A DNA stretch of 64,000 nt, from contig JAFGQO010000075.1 of the NCBI GenBank assembly GCA_016935615.1, forward strand, positions 7,765 to 71,764. The letters run 5' to 3'. The stretch is from Bacteroidales bacterium. Lineage in GTDB: Bacteria; Bacteroidota; Bacteroidia; Bacteroidales; UBA10428. Shown piece after piece: positions 29,978-41,499 of this stretch (position 1 is the first letter of the stretch; each line of letters starts with the position of its first letter). The notes beneath the pieces were generated by a model. It was given only the letters and a program-made list of their open reading frames with translations. It searched no databases and was not told the DNA's origin. The translations under genes and the position numbers were made by a program.

Positions 29978-32900
29978 TTATTTTTTCTTCACCTCAATTG
30001 TACCTGCCCCGTGGTACGAATGGTATTCTCCATTGTACATGGCATCAGCACTTACCGGCCCCATTTTGTAGGTTCCTGTTGAAACAACCCTAACAAGATA
30101 ATAATAGTAATATGTTCCGGATCTTGCTGCAGTGAACATATTGATCCGGTCATCACGAATGTCCATGTATTCCGGATAACTTCCTGAATTCGGGTAATTC
30201 ATTCCGGGAGGCAGGGTTGTAAGCCTGGGATTCTCAATTTCAAAGCAGGCAGGCAAAATATCTGTTATTGCAACATTTTCCACATACTGTCCAGATAAAC
30301 CTGTAAGTGCCAATTCGATCAATACAAGATCATTTTGTTTGAATTGATTGTTCGTTATCAAATTCCCGTTACGATCATAAAAATTTCTGCGTACCCTGAT
30401 GTATTTGTCTTCCTCAATATATGATCCGTCGCGACTGATGCCTTCACTTTCCCAGAAATAATATAGTCTTCCTGTTCCCTGTATGGATAGCTCAACCTTT
30501 TTTGTTGCAATATCTGCAATAGCAACTTTCAACTCCTTGTTTTCAAAAGAGGCAATTTGTTTCCCATTTGCTTTCAATACCCCTTTCGGATCGCTTTCGG
30601 CAATGGATCTGGCAAATTTGCCCATAGCCAAAAACCCAAATGTTCTTTCCTGCGTACTCAAATAGCGTTTGTTTTTAAGAGTTTCCGAAATATGCTTAAC
30701 CATCATCCCCACCTGTTGATTATCAGGGTCAATTTCAAGCAATACATTCAAGGCTATTGCTTCATCGCGGATGTATGAATAAAAACTTCCTCCGAAACTG
30801 GTGAGGGCCTCTTCACCTTCAAATGCGCGGGGAAGTATCTCCGAAGCCTTCTGCATATTTCCCGTAAGGGCATACGCACCTGCCAGGAGATATTTACTGT
30901 CAAGACTCAGCTGTTCAGCTCGTGAATTGTAGTAATTCAGAAGAGCCGTAGGTCTTTCGCCAGCGAGAGCAAGGACATAAAGAGAGTAAGCAACTTCTTT
31001 GGGTGCTATTTCTTTACGTTTGTTTGTATTATAATAATAGGTGACAGTTTCTTTTTTCTCCAGTTTTTTCTTCAGATATTTTAATAAATAATTTAGGAAA
31101 GATTCATCCACTTCGTATCCTGCTTTTTTGGCTTCCAGTGCAAAATGCGCTGCATATACCGATCCCCACCACGTTTCAGTGCCATGCCCCGGCCAGTATG
31201 TGAGGCCCCCATTATACAACTGCATCAATTTGATCCGGTCCAAAGCTGTCTGCACATTTCCAACAGCATCTTTCAGCGCTTTCTCTTCAGAATACATTGT
31301 TCCGATCAAATCACCAAAATAAAGTTGAGGAAAGGCACTTGATATTGTCTGTTCCACACACCCGTATGGATAACGAACAAGATAATCAAGACTTTGAGAA
31401 TACTGAATCATAGGATTTTTACTAAGAATAAGGTACCCATCTACACTTTTCTCAATAAAATCTTTTGTATCGATTTCCAGGGCTTTTGTTTTCCCTGCCT
31501 CCACCCATCCGGTTCCTGTACGTTTTTGCAGAGGTGATGCAGGCCTTACAGAGATATCCGTTTTGTTGATAAACTCTTCTCCCGGTGCATTTGCTTCAAT
31601 ACGTACGGAAGATTCTCCAAGCTGTTGCTGAGCTTCAATTTTAAATAGAAGTTCAGCTTCCGTATTTGCCGGAATAGTAACTGTTCCTGTTGATTCACCA
31701 ACAACATGTAATGGGCCTTCCAACCTGATTCCGGTCTTGCATTTGGTTTCTTTGTCGGTTGTATTCGTTAGAATCACCGGTACGTTGACCTTATCTCCCG
31801 GACTCATAAACCTCGGCAATGCCACACTGATAACCAACGGATCGGCAACTTTCATATTCTTCTGTTCCGAACCAAAGATTTTTCCGTTATAAGCAACAGC
31901 CATGATCCGCAGGTCGCCTGAAAACTGTGGAATATCGATTTTATACTCCGCTTCACCCCTGGAATTTGTTTTTATTATACCACTCCAGAATGATACCAGT
32001 TTAACCCGGTTATTCTGCATCGGATTCAGACGTTTTTCCATTTCAGAGCCATCACCTCCTGTATGACTTCTCACCAAACCAATTTCAGGAAAAAGGTATG
32101 GATATACATTGCTGGAGCTAACTTCAAGAGCACGTCTCTGATAGAAATATCCGTAAGGATCGGGTGTATCATACCCGGCAACCTGTAATATTCCTTCATC
32201 AACCACAGCTATTGTCAAAGCACTATTCGGTTTTGATTTTACCCTGATTACCTGTTCTGAATTTGACCGTGATTTTTCAACTGCAGTAATGTTAACAGGC
32301 ATTTTATTTCCGGGATCATCCACTTTCATTGGAGCATATCCATGAGCTACTGTTAGCGGAATGTCAGATTCTTCATGAGGTCTGAATAAAGTTGCCCCTA
32401 TATAAACACCTGGTAAATATTCTTCTTTGATATCAAGAGAAAATGATGCGGCCCGTTTATCTGTTTGAGTGTAAAAATAATCCACCACCTCATCTGTTTC
32501 AATTGTTACCAGTATTTTTCCTGAAAAAGGCGTTTTCATGATCACATTTGCTTTATCGCCAATGTTATAGGTTTTCTTATCGAGTTCAATATCAATCTGC
32601 CCTTCATTATTTACTTTAAATGAACTATATCTGGTGCTGCCCCACCCATATGCATAAATATTGCTTTCTACATAGGTATTTACTCCGGGGGCAGAAATTC
32701 TCAGTTCATAATTGCCCGATATATCCGGAATAAAACTGAAAACAGTTGATCTTTCATTGATTTTTATTGTCTTCTTCTGTAATACCTTCTCTACCTTTTC
32801 CGATTTATAGCGAAAGTATCCTCCCGAACGTGACAATACTGTTTTGTATTCATGTCTGATAAGCTTAACCTGGGCATCAACATCACTGAGTTCGTTCCCA

Positions 32901-35371
32901 TTCTTATCTACTGCAATTAAATTGTATTTAACAGGCAACCCTGTCCGTACATAATAATCCTCGCATTTCACTCCATAAAAAACATCCTGAGTATAAATCG
33001 TGGTTCTTTGCAATCGATTAACAGGTCTTCCGGTTTCGTCAAATACTGTGCTAAACAGATCTGCCTTTAGCATCCCCATGTTTTTGTATTCACGGGGAAT
33101 GTCAAATTCTTCACTGGCTTTACCTTGATCATCCGTTTCAGCTTGCCTTAATATATCTTGAAATGCGCTGTGTGTACCTCTTATATAATAATTATAGCCT
33201 GTGTTCTTTTTTGGATAAAAGTTTGCCTGTTTGATTGACAACTCCACTTCATAATTTCGGTTAGCTGCAGGTGGCCCAAAGAAATTCACAGCCTCAATGT
33301 CAACATGTATTTTATCGCCGGGTCTATACTCCTTTTTATCAAGATCAACTTTAACCTTTATCCGGTCTGGCATAAACTCTTCAACCTTAATCACTTCAGA
33401 ACCGATCAAAACATCGTTGCTGGTAAATACATTTGCCACATAGGAGCCTGTTTGTGCCGAGGATGATAGCTCTATCTGAGTTTCAAACGAACCGTATTCA
33501 TTCAATACCTTTTTGATTGTTTTGTAAACCTTCCCATTTGGCGTAATAAATTTCAGGATCAATGGAATGTTTCCCGGAGTATTCCATTCACTATCTCTGA
33601 TAATCGTCGAAATATTTACTGTTTCACCAGGTCTGTACAAATCCCGGTCACCATAAATAAAAGCCTCAAAACCAGAAGGATTCTGATACTTGCCTCCGAC
33701 ATCAAATCTCGAAGTATTTATACGGGTATTGTTAAGAGGAAGAACATTATAATCGCTATTCAGTTGAGCTGCCACCAGGAATGTTTCAAAACCAGATGCT
33801 CTCAGCTCATTAAAAGTATATTCCGCAACTCCTTCGGCATTGGTTTTTGTAGTATGAGTAACCTGGTTATTTCTTCCAATGAATCTGATCGTTACACCTG
33901 CAAGAGGTTTAGCTGATCGAATGGAGTTTGCAAATACTGTGACTTTATTTTTCCCTTTTTTCACAATCAACCCGATGTCTGATATGGCTATCATTTTTGA
34001 TGCTCTGAGCCAATAATCCTCTTTCGATCTGATTTCAAGAACATAGATCCCTTTGTGATCAGCAAGCTTATCTTCGAAGTCAAGGGTGAGTATTCTATTG
34101 GAACCTTTTCTTGGCAATGTGCTGGTTTCTATTTCTTCGTCATAAACCACATCTCCAAGATTCCCGGGATCACGATAATTGTAATAATAATCATACTCGT
34201 AATCATAATCGTAGTAATAACTATTGTTACTCAGATAACCAATAATGTTATTTTCATAGATCTTGGTTATTGTAACAGTTACTTTGGGTACATTAATTAA
34301 GGCTACCTGTATGTTTCTTGATCCTGAGCCGGATACATAAAACTCTTTCTGATCGATGAAACGTATTGTCGGACTTACCTTTCCGAAAGATATCGGTTGT
34401 GAATAATCGTATTTTAACTCCCCACCAATCGTTCCGGGTAAACCTTTTTGAATACTTATCTCATACTTTTCCTCCATGTTAAAATCTTCGCTTTGTATTG
34501 TAAAATAACCCGGTTGAATTTCAATTTCATATTTTATAGACGGTACAATAGAAATATATTTCCTGACATTTTCTCCTGCAACCTGTTGTGTGGTGTACAA
34601 GGTTATTGTTCCTTCAGTACCATCATGATTTGCCTGTACGTCTGTTATTTCCAGCTTAAAAGGTGAGGGGATTACAAATTCTTCTTCAAAAGCTTTGCTA
34701 GTTTTCTCTCTGCCATTGTAAGGTGCAAGACCTTCGGCAAGAATGATCTTAACCGGGTAATCCTTATCCTCTTTTTGAATATTTTTAATTGCCAGACTAA
34801 TGTCATCATCTATTTCTTCAGTAAGAAGATCGAATTGTGTGTCTTCATTATTTATCATCACCTTAATGAGTCCACCTGCTTCCGATGGCAAGACCGGATA
34901 ATTAAATCCCAGGTCGATTTTGATACAATGCACACCTCCATTTTCTTCGGAAAGATGCCAGTAAGCCCTGGTTGATATTAAATCGAGATAGGTTGTATGA
35001 AAGTGAATTTGCTTCTCACCGGAAAACCTTAATTTCTTTGAATATCGAAATATCTCATCTGTAAATTTACCCGTATAGTTCGTTGCCGGTAAAAATGCAT
35101 CAGCAGGGGTAAATACCAGTGTATTTTTTGTTTGCCAGTGAAATTTTCCTTCTACTGCAGGTTCAAAATGAATGTATTCTGTTTCTGTCCATATACCTAC
35201 AATGCTGTCAGGCATGAGGTCTTTGTTAAAAGTGAAGCTCAATAAGGCTTTAACAGGTATTTCATCTTCGAAATTTTTATCTGTCAGCTTGATTTTTTTT
35301 TCACCGGAGCAAGAAAAGAATAAAACGATAATGAGCATGAGTAAAGAGAATCTCTGTTTCATGTTAATCAA
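29978..35371 (-). CDS. Bacterial alpha-2-macroglobulin (lipoprotein)
   Basis: Lipobox FFSC; DRDLYRPGE; EEFMPDR; thioester motif YPYGCVEQ; DIRDDR. Confidence 0.95.
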   Translation of the reverse strand: MINMKQRFSLLMLIIVLFFSCSGEKKIKLTDKNFEDEIPVKALLSFTFNKDLMPDSIVGIWTETEYIHFEPAVEGKFHWQTKNTLVFTPADAFLPATNYTGKFTDEIFRYSKKLRFSGEKQIHFHTTYLDLISTRAYWHLSEENGGVHCIKIDLGFNYPVLPSEAGGLIKVMINNEDTQFDLLTEEIDDDISLAIKNIQKEDKDYPVKIILAEGLAPYNGREKTSKAFEEEFVIPSPFKLEITDVQANHDGTEGTITLYTTQQVAGENVRKYISIVPSIKYEIEIQPGYFTIQSEDFNMEEKYEISIQKGLPGTIGGELKYDYSQPISFGKVSPTIRFIDQKEFYVSGSGSRNIQVALINVPKVTVTITKIYENNIIGYLSNNSYYYDYDYEYDYYYNYRDPGNLGDVVYDEEIETSTLPRKGSNRILTLDFEDKLADHKGIYVLEIRSKEDYWLRASKMIAISDIGLIVKKGKNKVTVFANSIRSAKPLAGVTIRFIGRNNQVTHTTKTNAEGVAEYTFNELRASGFETFLVAAQLNSDYNVLPLNNTRINTSRFDVGGKYQNPSGFEAFIYGDRDLYRPGETVNISTIIRDSEWNTPGNIPLILKFITPNGKVYKTIKKVLNEYGSFETQIELSSSAQTGSYVANVFTSNDVLIGSEVIKVEEFMPDRIKVKVDLDKKEYRPGDKIHVDIEAVNFFGPPAANRNYEVELSIKQANFYPKKNTGYNYYIRGTHSAFQDILRQAETDDQGKASEEFDIPREYKNMGMLKADLFSTVFDETGRPVNRLQRTTIYTQDVFYGVKCEDYYVRTGLPVKYNLIAVDKNGNELSDVDAQVKLIRHEYKTVLSRSGGYFRYKSEKVEKVLQKKTIKINERSTVFSFIPDISGNYELRISAPGVNTYVESNIYAYGWGSTRYSSFKVNNEGQIDIELDKKTYNIGDKANVIMKTPFSGKILVTIETDEVVDYFYTQTDKRAASFSLDIKEEYLPGVYIGATLFRPHEESDIPLTVAHGYAPMKVDDPGNKMPVNITAVEKSRSNSEQVIRVKSKPNSALTIAVVDEGILQVAGYDTPDPYGYFYQRRALEVSSSNVYPYLFPEIGLVRSHTGGDGSEMEKRLNPMQNNRVKLVSFWSGIIKTNSRGEAEYKIDIPQFSGDLRIMAVAYNGKIFGSEQKNMKVADPLVISVALPRFMSPGDKVNVPVILTNTTDKETKCKTGIRLEGPLHVVGESTGTVTIPANTEAELLFKIEAQQQLGESSVRIEANAPGEEFINKTDISVRPASPLQKRTGTGWVEAGKTKALEIDTKDFIEKSVDGYLILSKNPMIQYSQSLDYLVRYPYGCVEQTISSAFPQLYFGDLIGTMYSEEKALKDAVGNVQTALDRIKLMQLYNGGLTYWPGHGTETWWGSVYAAHFALEAKKAGYEVDESFLNYLLKYLKKKLEKKETVTYYYNTNKRKEIAPKEVAYSLYVLALAGERPTALLNYYNSRAEQLSLDSKYLLAGAYALTGNMQKASEILPRAFEGEEALTSFGGSFYSYIRDEAIALNVLLEIDPDNQQVGMMVKHISETLKNKRYLSTQERTFGFLAMGKFARSIAESDPKGVLKANGKQIASFENKELKVAIADIATKKVELSIQGTGRLYYFWESEGISRDGSYIEEDKYIRVRRNFYDRNGNLITNNQFKQNDLVLIELALTGLSGQYVENVAITDILPACFEIENPRLTTLPPGMNYPNSGSYPEYMDIRDDRINMFTAARSGTYYYYYLVRVVSTGTYKMGPVSADAMYNGEYHSYHGAGTIEVKKK

Positions 35372-35576
35372 TTTTGGTTAAAGTAACTAAATCTAAAAAA
35401 AATGTTGGAATTACAGCTCGGAAAGGTGATTTTTATTATTCTGTGAATTGAACTTCATGGCAAATGAACAATTATTTCTTTCAGTCTGAATTCTATTATT
35501 CTCCAATATTCTTAACTTAAGCTCCTATTTCCCGGATTTGGAGAGTAATAATGAATAATCAATTGATTAGGTTGTC

Positions 35577-37898
35577 ATGAAATTTTCTTTTGACAGATTT
35601 AAAAAATATGTTGAATATATTCTGGGGTTCATAGTCTCGTACTACATACTGATCCTATTACTTACTGTTTTTTATCCGTTGGAAATTAACAAAGAGTATA
35701 GTACAATTGTACTTTGCCGCAACAATTCATTATTGCATGCTTTTCTGACATCCGACGACAAGTGGCGTATGTATACGGAATTGGAAGAGATTACTCCTGA
35801 ACTGAAATTGGCCATTGTATTCAAGGAAGATAAGTTTTTTTATTATCACCCGGGTATCAATCCTGTGTCTGTTGCTAGAGCCACAGCAAATAATTTACGA
35901 AAAGGCAAAAGGACATCAGGAGCCTCAACGATAACAATGCAGGTGGCTCGGTTATTAAAACCCAAAAAAAGAACGTATTTCAATAAACTGAAAGAAGCAT
36001 TCAGGGCTATGCAGCTGGAAATGCTGCTTTCGAAAGATGAAATTCTTCAATTGTACCTTAATCTTGTACCATACGGAAGCAATATCGAAGGAGTTAAATC
36101 AGCTTCTGTAATTTACTTCGGGAAAATGCCTGATCATTTAAGTATAGGTGAAATAGCCGCTCTGTCAATCATCCCAAACCGGCCAGTCTCCCTGAAACCT
36201 GGCCACAACAATGATTATATTGAAAACGAACGGAACAAATGGCTGAATCGTTACCGGGAGGCGGGGCTTTTTGAGAGTAAATTCATTGAGGATGCTATAA
36301 AAGAACCTTTGACAGCATCCCGAAGAGAAATCCCCCGATTGGCACCTCATCTTTGTTATCGACTTAAAAATCAATACCCTGATGAAAACAGTATTCGTTC
36401 CACTCTCAATACAGAAATTCAATGTCAATCTGAAAAAATTGTGAAAGAGTACATACAACGCCTCTATTTTCAGAATATCAAAAATGCCACAGCCATTATC
36501 ATTGATAATTCCACCAGAGAGGTATTGGCTTATGTCGGTTCTGCCGATTTTGAGAACGAGGAAGACGGTGGCCAGGTAGATGGCATACAGGCTGTGCGTT
36601 CACCCGGGAGTACCCTTAAACCTTTGTTGTATGGTATTGCCATCGATAAAGGAATAATAACACCAAAAACAATTATCACTGATGTACCTGTAAGTTTTGC
36701 CGGTTATGAACCTGAAAATTACAATGAAAAATTTAATGGCCTTATCACAATTGAAAATGCATTGGCTGGCTCTCTTAATGTTCCTGCCGTAAAGATCCTT
36801 TCGGAAATATCACCGCAGATCCTGATAAATAAACTTATTGAGGCAAATTTTTATACCATAAAACAACAAAAGGATGATCTTGGGCTATCCCTTGTATTAG
36901 GAGGATGTGGTGTTACACTTGAAGAATTAGCAGGCTTGTATTCTGCTATAGCCAATCAGGGTATATATAAGTCATTGAAATACAAAAACAGCCAGGAGAA
37001 ACCGATAACCAGGACGATCCTTTCCAAAGAATCAGCCTTTATGATAACTGAAATTCTCACTCAGCTTAAACGGCCTGATTTCCCTGTGCACTGGGAAAAT
37101 ACCATGCATACACCAAAAATTGCATGGAAGACCGGTACCTCTTATGGCCGAAGAGATGCCTGGAGTATCGGATACAATAAAAACTATACAATCGGTGTAT
37201 GGTTAGGCAATTTTTCAGGTGAAGGAGTGCCGGAACTTAACGGTGCTGAGAAAGCTACTCCATTGCTTTTTCAACTTTTCAACTCGGTTGATTACAATTC
37301 CCCGAAAGACTGGTTCAGTATCCCTGATGAACTGGACATGCGATATGTATGTTCACAGAGCGGAAAGATACCCGGTGAATTCTGTTCTGACTTAATTATC
37401 GACTACTATATACCCGGTATTTCGTCAAATGAAACCTGTACACATTTAAAAAAGGTATTTATCAATGCCGACAGTACGATCTCTTACTGCACTTCCTGTC
37501 TACCTGAAACAGGTTATAAAACAGCCCTTTACCCTAATCTGGTTCCCGAAATCATTACCTTTTTCGAAGAAAATAACATTCACTATCTGAAAGTACCTCC
37601 GCATAATCCTGATTGTGAAAGGATGCTTAGCGGATCGAAACCCGTGATCACCTCACCTGTTCATGAAAATGAATATTTTGTGAATGTTACCGATAGTATG
37701 GAAATCATGCTAAGCTGTCATACGGCTAACGATGTCGATAATGTGTTTTGGTACATCAACAAAAAGTTTTACAAATCGGCCACTGCAGGTTTAAACGTTT
37801 TCTTTACACCTCCTGAAGGCAAAGTGGAAATAAGTTGTTCCGATGATAAAGGCAGAAATACTGATATTATTATCTATGTGAAACATACGTCTTTCTAA
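35577..37898 (+). CDS. pbpC: Penicillin-binding protein 1C
   Basis: EDKFF and GASTITMQ (transglycosylase); GSTLKP, SLN, KTGT (transpeptidase); adjacent to A2M. Confidence 0.93.
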   Translation: MKFSFDRFKKYVEYILGFIVSYYILILLLTVFYPLEINKEYSTIVLCRNNSLLHAFLTSDDKWRMYTELEEITPELKLAIVFKEDKFFYYHPGINPVSVARATANNLRKGKRTSGASTITMQVARLLKPKKRTYFNKLKEAFRAMQLEMLLSKDEILQLYLNLVPYGSNIEGVKSASVIYFGKMPDHLSIGEIAALSIIPNRPVSLKPGHNNDYIENERNKWLNRYREAGLFESKFIEDAIKEPLTASRREIPRLAPHLCYRLKNQYPDENSIRSTLNTEIQCQSEKIVKEYIQRLYFQNIKNATAIIIDNSTREVLAYVGSADFENEEDGGQVDGIQAVRSPGSTLKPLLYGIAIDKGIITPKTIITDVPVSFAGYEPENYNEKFNGLITIENALAGSLNVPAVKILSEISPQILINKLIEANFYTIKQQKDDLGLSLVLGGCGVTLEELAGLYSAIANQGIYKSLKYKNSQEKPITRTILSKESAFMITEILTQLKRPDFPVHWENTMHTPKIAWKTGTSYGRRDAWSIGYNKNYTIGVWLGNFSGEGVPELNGAEKATPLLFQLFNSVDYNSPKDWFSIPDELDMRYVCSQSGKIPGEFCSDLIIDYYIPGISSNETCTHLKKVFINADSTISYCTSCLPETGYKTALYPNLVPEIITFFEENNIHYLKVPPHNPDCERMLSGSKPVITSPVHENEYFVNVTDSMEIMLSCHTANDVDNVFWYINKKFYKSATAGLNVFFTPPEGKVEISCSDDKGRNTDIIIYVKHTSF

Positions 37899-38007
37899 CG
37901 TATGCTATTGAGCAACTATCTTGCTGATAAACAATAAAGTCTCAGAATCATATCAGCAATAAAACACCAGTAAGCCTATCGGTAAAAAGGGATCAAATCT
38001 TATACAC

Positions 38008-39024
38008 TTAATACTTATGAAACAATTGAGAATAATTCAGATCATCGTTCTCCAGTTGTATGATATATGTTCCCTGTTCTAACATTCCGACATAAAGATC
38101 ATACGGTCCGGTATTCTCTCCATCGAATTTGTTGCTGAGCATCAATCTTCCGTCGAGACTATACACCTTAATATGAATTGCATCGCCAAATGATTCCTTG
38201 CTGTCAATATATAAATTACTCTGAGCAGGACTGGGATAGATATAAAACGTATTCTCATTTCCGGAAATATCTTCAAAAGATGTCTGTCCGTTATCAATCA
38301 GGGTCAATGTTCCAAAAACATCGGCATCCTGCCATGCGGCGTTCTGATCTTCTTCGGAAACATTCACCGCCCCGATGAAGTTCTCTCTAACTCCTGTTCC
38401 GTCGTTATCACAGTATGCAACTGACAATCCCATTTCCTTTCCTCCTGTGAGAGTAACCGGATTATTGCTGCCCCCTTCATCGTAAGTATCATCAAATATT
38501 TTTATGGCTGTCTCCCATGTATAGGTAGCCCCGTTTTGGGTTATAACAACATCAACATGATCATTTAACAAAACTGTACCTGATGTCCCAATATCGACAG
38601 CATCATACAAAGTACTGATATGGTAAGCAAACGCATTATAAGCTTCTGCACCACTTTCATGCCATCCACCCGAATGATCCTCATCGAGAAATACTTCAAA
38701 GCAATCATCTTCCCAATAACTATCGAACGGATCAGCATGCTGATCAGAAAAAACATCGTCTTCTATTTCAGCAAGCACCAGCAAGACATCTGCAGTCCAC
38801 GCAAGCTTAAACCTGCCGGTGAAGTCTTCGGGTGCAACCGTCTCTCCATAAGGTAACCACACATAAGGGATATCGTACCATACTGCCGAAGCCCAGAAGT
38901 CTTCATTGCCCTGACCGTCTATTGTATACGCACCGGCTTTTTGTGCTTCGAAAGTATCATCATAGGCTTTCGATATACCGTTGAGTAATATAATACAAAA
39001 AAATACACTGATTATTTTTTTCAT
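38008..39024 (-). CDS. CBM9-like sugar-binding protein with T9SS C-terminal domain
   Basis: TIDG...W, DCFEVFLD, YCDNDG; C-terminal IYPSPA...GTYII. Confidence 0.8.
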   Translation of the reverse strand: MKKIISVFFCIILLNGISKAYDDTFEAQKAGAYTIDGQGNEDFWASAVWYDIPYVWLPYGETVAPEDFTGRFKLAWTADVLLVLAEIEDDVFSDQHADPFDSYWEDDCFEVFLDEDHSGGWHESGAEAYNAFAYHISTLYDAVDIGTSGTVLLNDHVDVVITQNGATYTWETAIKIFDDTYDEGGSNNPVTLTGGKEMGLSVAYCDNDGTGVRENFIGAVNVSEEDQNAAWQDADVFGTLTLIDNGQTSFEDISGNENTFYIYPSPAQSNLYIDSKESFGDAIHIKVYSLDGRLMLSNKFDGENTGPYDLYVGMLEQGTYIIQLENDDLNYSQLFHKY

Positions 39025-39263
39025 GACAAATAGGTTAATTCAAAATAATAAATAGAATAAAACGCGAAGATCTCTCATCAAATATAGCATGTTTTCCAAT
39101 GAGGGCAATGATTTCTTCTCAGAAATGCTGGTGAACATAAATAAATTGACCTCCGGTCTTTTCAAATTAAAGTTTCTATTTTTGATGCAAAGGATTCGGA
39201 ATACAAAATCTGAAATATCCAATTTTTTTTCATGTCAAACAAAGAATAATAGTATATTGCACA

Positions 39264-40430
39264 ATGCAAGATTTCAATACCATAATTCAGAATTTACAAC
39301 GAAAATTCACTGATCTTTTTCAGTTACCACCTGATCTTTACCAGGCGCCGGGAAGAATAAACCTGATCGGAGAACATACGGATTACAATGACGGATTTGT
39401 GCTGCCTGCTGCCATTGATAAAGCAATTTACCTTGCCATTTTAAAAAACGACCTGGAAAAACTTCGCCTTTTTTCTTATAACATGGATGAATTTTTTGAG
39501 ATTGATATCCATGAGTTAAAAAAAGTTGAGGTACAATGGGCCAATTATCTGATAGGGGTAACAGCGCAATTTCAGAAGAAAGGACTGAATCCCGGTGGCA
39601 TAGATTGCGTTTTTGGTGGAAACATCCCTCCTGGTGCCGGTTTATCATCCTCTGCCGCTCTTGAATGTGGATTTGCTGCAGGCATAAATGATCAGTTTGA
39701 TTTTGGTATTGAAAAAACAGAATTGATACGAATGGCGCAAAAGGCTGAACATGAATATGCCGGGGTGCTATGCGGCATTATGGATCAGTTTGCAAGTACC
39801 TTTGGAAAAGAAGGATACGTAATGAAGCTTGACTGCCGGAGTCTTGATTACGAATACTTCCCTTTGACCAACCAGGAGGTGGATATAGTATTATGTGATA
39901 CACGGGTTGAACATTCACTGGCTTCATCAGAGTATAACATACGACGTTCAGAATGTGATAAAGGAGTGAAAACTATTCAATCTGTATTTCCTGATGTCAA
40001 ATCTCTCAGAGATGCTGATCCGGCAATGCTTGACAAGGTGAAAACCAGGATGAAAACTACTATTTACGATCGATGCCATTATATAATTCATGAAAATATA
40101 CGTGTTGAAAAAGCATGCAAAGCATTACTTAAAAACGATTTTTCTACATTTGGAAAATTAATGTATGAAACCCATGCCGGATTGAGTAAAGAATATATGG
40201 TAAGTTGCATCGAACTCGATACTTTGGTAGATATAGCGAAAAAAAGTCCTGATATTTCAGGTGCAAGAATGATGGGAGGTGGTTTTGGAGGTTGCACAAT
40301 CAATCTGGTGAAAAAAGGAAAAGCTGAAAAGTTTATCTCCCTGGTAAATGAAGAATACAAAAAAACGATCGGAAGTACAATTCAGATTTATCGTGTAAAA
40401 ACTTCCGATGGAGCAGGGAAACTAAATTGA
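39264..40430 (+). CDS. galK: Galactokinase
   Basis: [38 protein letters not shown]. Confidence 0.97.
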   Translation: MQDFNTIIQNLQRKFTDLFQLPPDLYQAPGRINLIGEHTDYNDGFVLPAAIDKAIYLAILKNDLEKLRLFSYNMDEFFEIDIHELKKVEVQWANYLIGVTAQFQKKGLNPGGIDCVFGGNIPPGAGLSSSAALECGFAAGINDQFDFGIEKTELIRMAQKAEHEYAGVLCGIMDQFASTFGKEGYVMKLDCRSLDYEYFPLTNQEVDIVLCDTRVEHSLASSEYNIRRSECDKGVKTIQSVFPDVKSLRDADPAMLDKVKTRMKTTIYDRCHYIIHENIRVEKACKALLKNDFSTFGKLMYETHAGLSKEYMVSCIELDTLVDIAKKSPDISGARMMGGGFGGCTINLVKKGKAEKFISLVNEEYKKTIGSTIQIYRVKTSDGAGKLN

Positions 40431-40444
40431 CTAAAACCTTACGA

Positions 40445-41494
40445 ATGGATGTTTTTAATCTGAAAGACCACCCTCACAGAAGATACAATCCTTTAACTGC
40501 CGAATGGGTGCTGGTTTCTCCTCACAGGGCTAAACGCCCCTGGCAGGGTCAGGTTGAAAAACACGACAACAATATATTGCCTGAGTATGATCCCGATTGC
40601 TATCTGTGCCCCGGAAATCTGCGTGCTGGAGGAAAGCAAAACCCGGATTATACTGATACCTTCATTTTCATAAATGACTTCAGCAGTTTGCTTTCAGATA
40701 CACCTGCCGGAAAAATTGGTGAGAACGAATTGTTTATGGCAGAATCGGAACAGGGAGTTTGCAAAGTCATTTGCTTTTCACCCAGGCATAATCTTACGGT
40801 ACCGGAAATGAACAATGATGAGATCAAAAGAATTGTCCGGGTTTGGGTGCAGGAATATGAAGTATTAGGAAAACTGGATTATATAAACCATGTTCAGATC
40901 TTTGAAAATAAAGGAAGTATTATGGGTTGTAGCAATCCGCACCCACATTGCCAGATCTGGGCGCAGAAAAATCTGCCCGTAGAAGTCGTTAAAGAACAGA
41001 AACAGCAAGCAAATTATTATTCTAAACACGGTTCCACACTTCTTTTTGACTACGTGGAACTGGAACTTACAAAGCAGGAACGCATAGTATGTACAAATGA
41101 TTCCTTCGTTGTTCTTGTGCCTTTTTGGGCAGTCTGGCCCTTCGAAACAATGGTGGTAAGCCGAAAACCAAAAAGTAGTATTGCACAGCTTAATGAAAAG
41201 GAGCGAAATGACCTAGCTGATATTTATCAGCAGCTTACCATTCGATACGACAATTTATTTGAAACCTCGTTCCCCTATTCTATGGGATTTCATCAGTCGC
41301 CAACAGATGGGAAAAATCATCCTGAGTGGCATTTGCATATGCACTTTTATCCTCCGCTTTTACGCTCAGCAACAATTAAAAAATTTATGGTGGGTTATGA
41401 AATGCTGGCAAATCCCCAGCGTGACATTACGGCTGAACAAAGTGCAGAAAAATTAAGGACATTAACAAAAAAACACTATAAAACGAACCATTAA
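40445..41494 (+). CDS. galT: Galactose-1-phosphate uridylyltransferase
   Basis: [24 protein letters not shown]. Confidence 0.97.
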   Translation: MDVFNLKDHPHRRYNPLTAEWVLVSPHRAKRPWQGQVEKHDNNILPEYDPDCYLCPGNLRAGGKQNPDYTDTFIFINDFSSLLSDTPAGKIGENELFMAESEQGVCKVICFSPRHNLTVPEMNNDEIKRIVRVWVQEYEVLGKLDYINHVQIFENKGSIMGCSNPHPHCQIWAQKNLPVEVVKEQKQQANYYSKHGSTLLFDYVELELTKQERIVCTNDSFVVLVPFWAVWPFETMVVSRKPKSSIAQLNEKERNDLADIYQQLTIRYDNLFETSFPYSMGFHQSPTDGKNHPEWHLHMHFYPPLLRSATIKKFMVGYEMLANPQRDITAEQSAEKLRTLTKKHYKTNH

Positions 41495-41499
41495 TTTAT

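Noticed and set aside
34178-34222. Tyr/Asp-rich low-complexity stretch (YYYDYDYEYDYYYNY) as a tandem repeat
   Set aside because: It is an in-frame low-complexity loop of A2M, not a separate element
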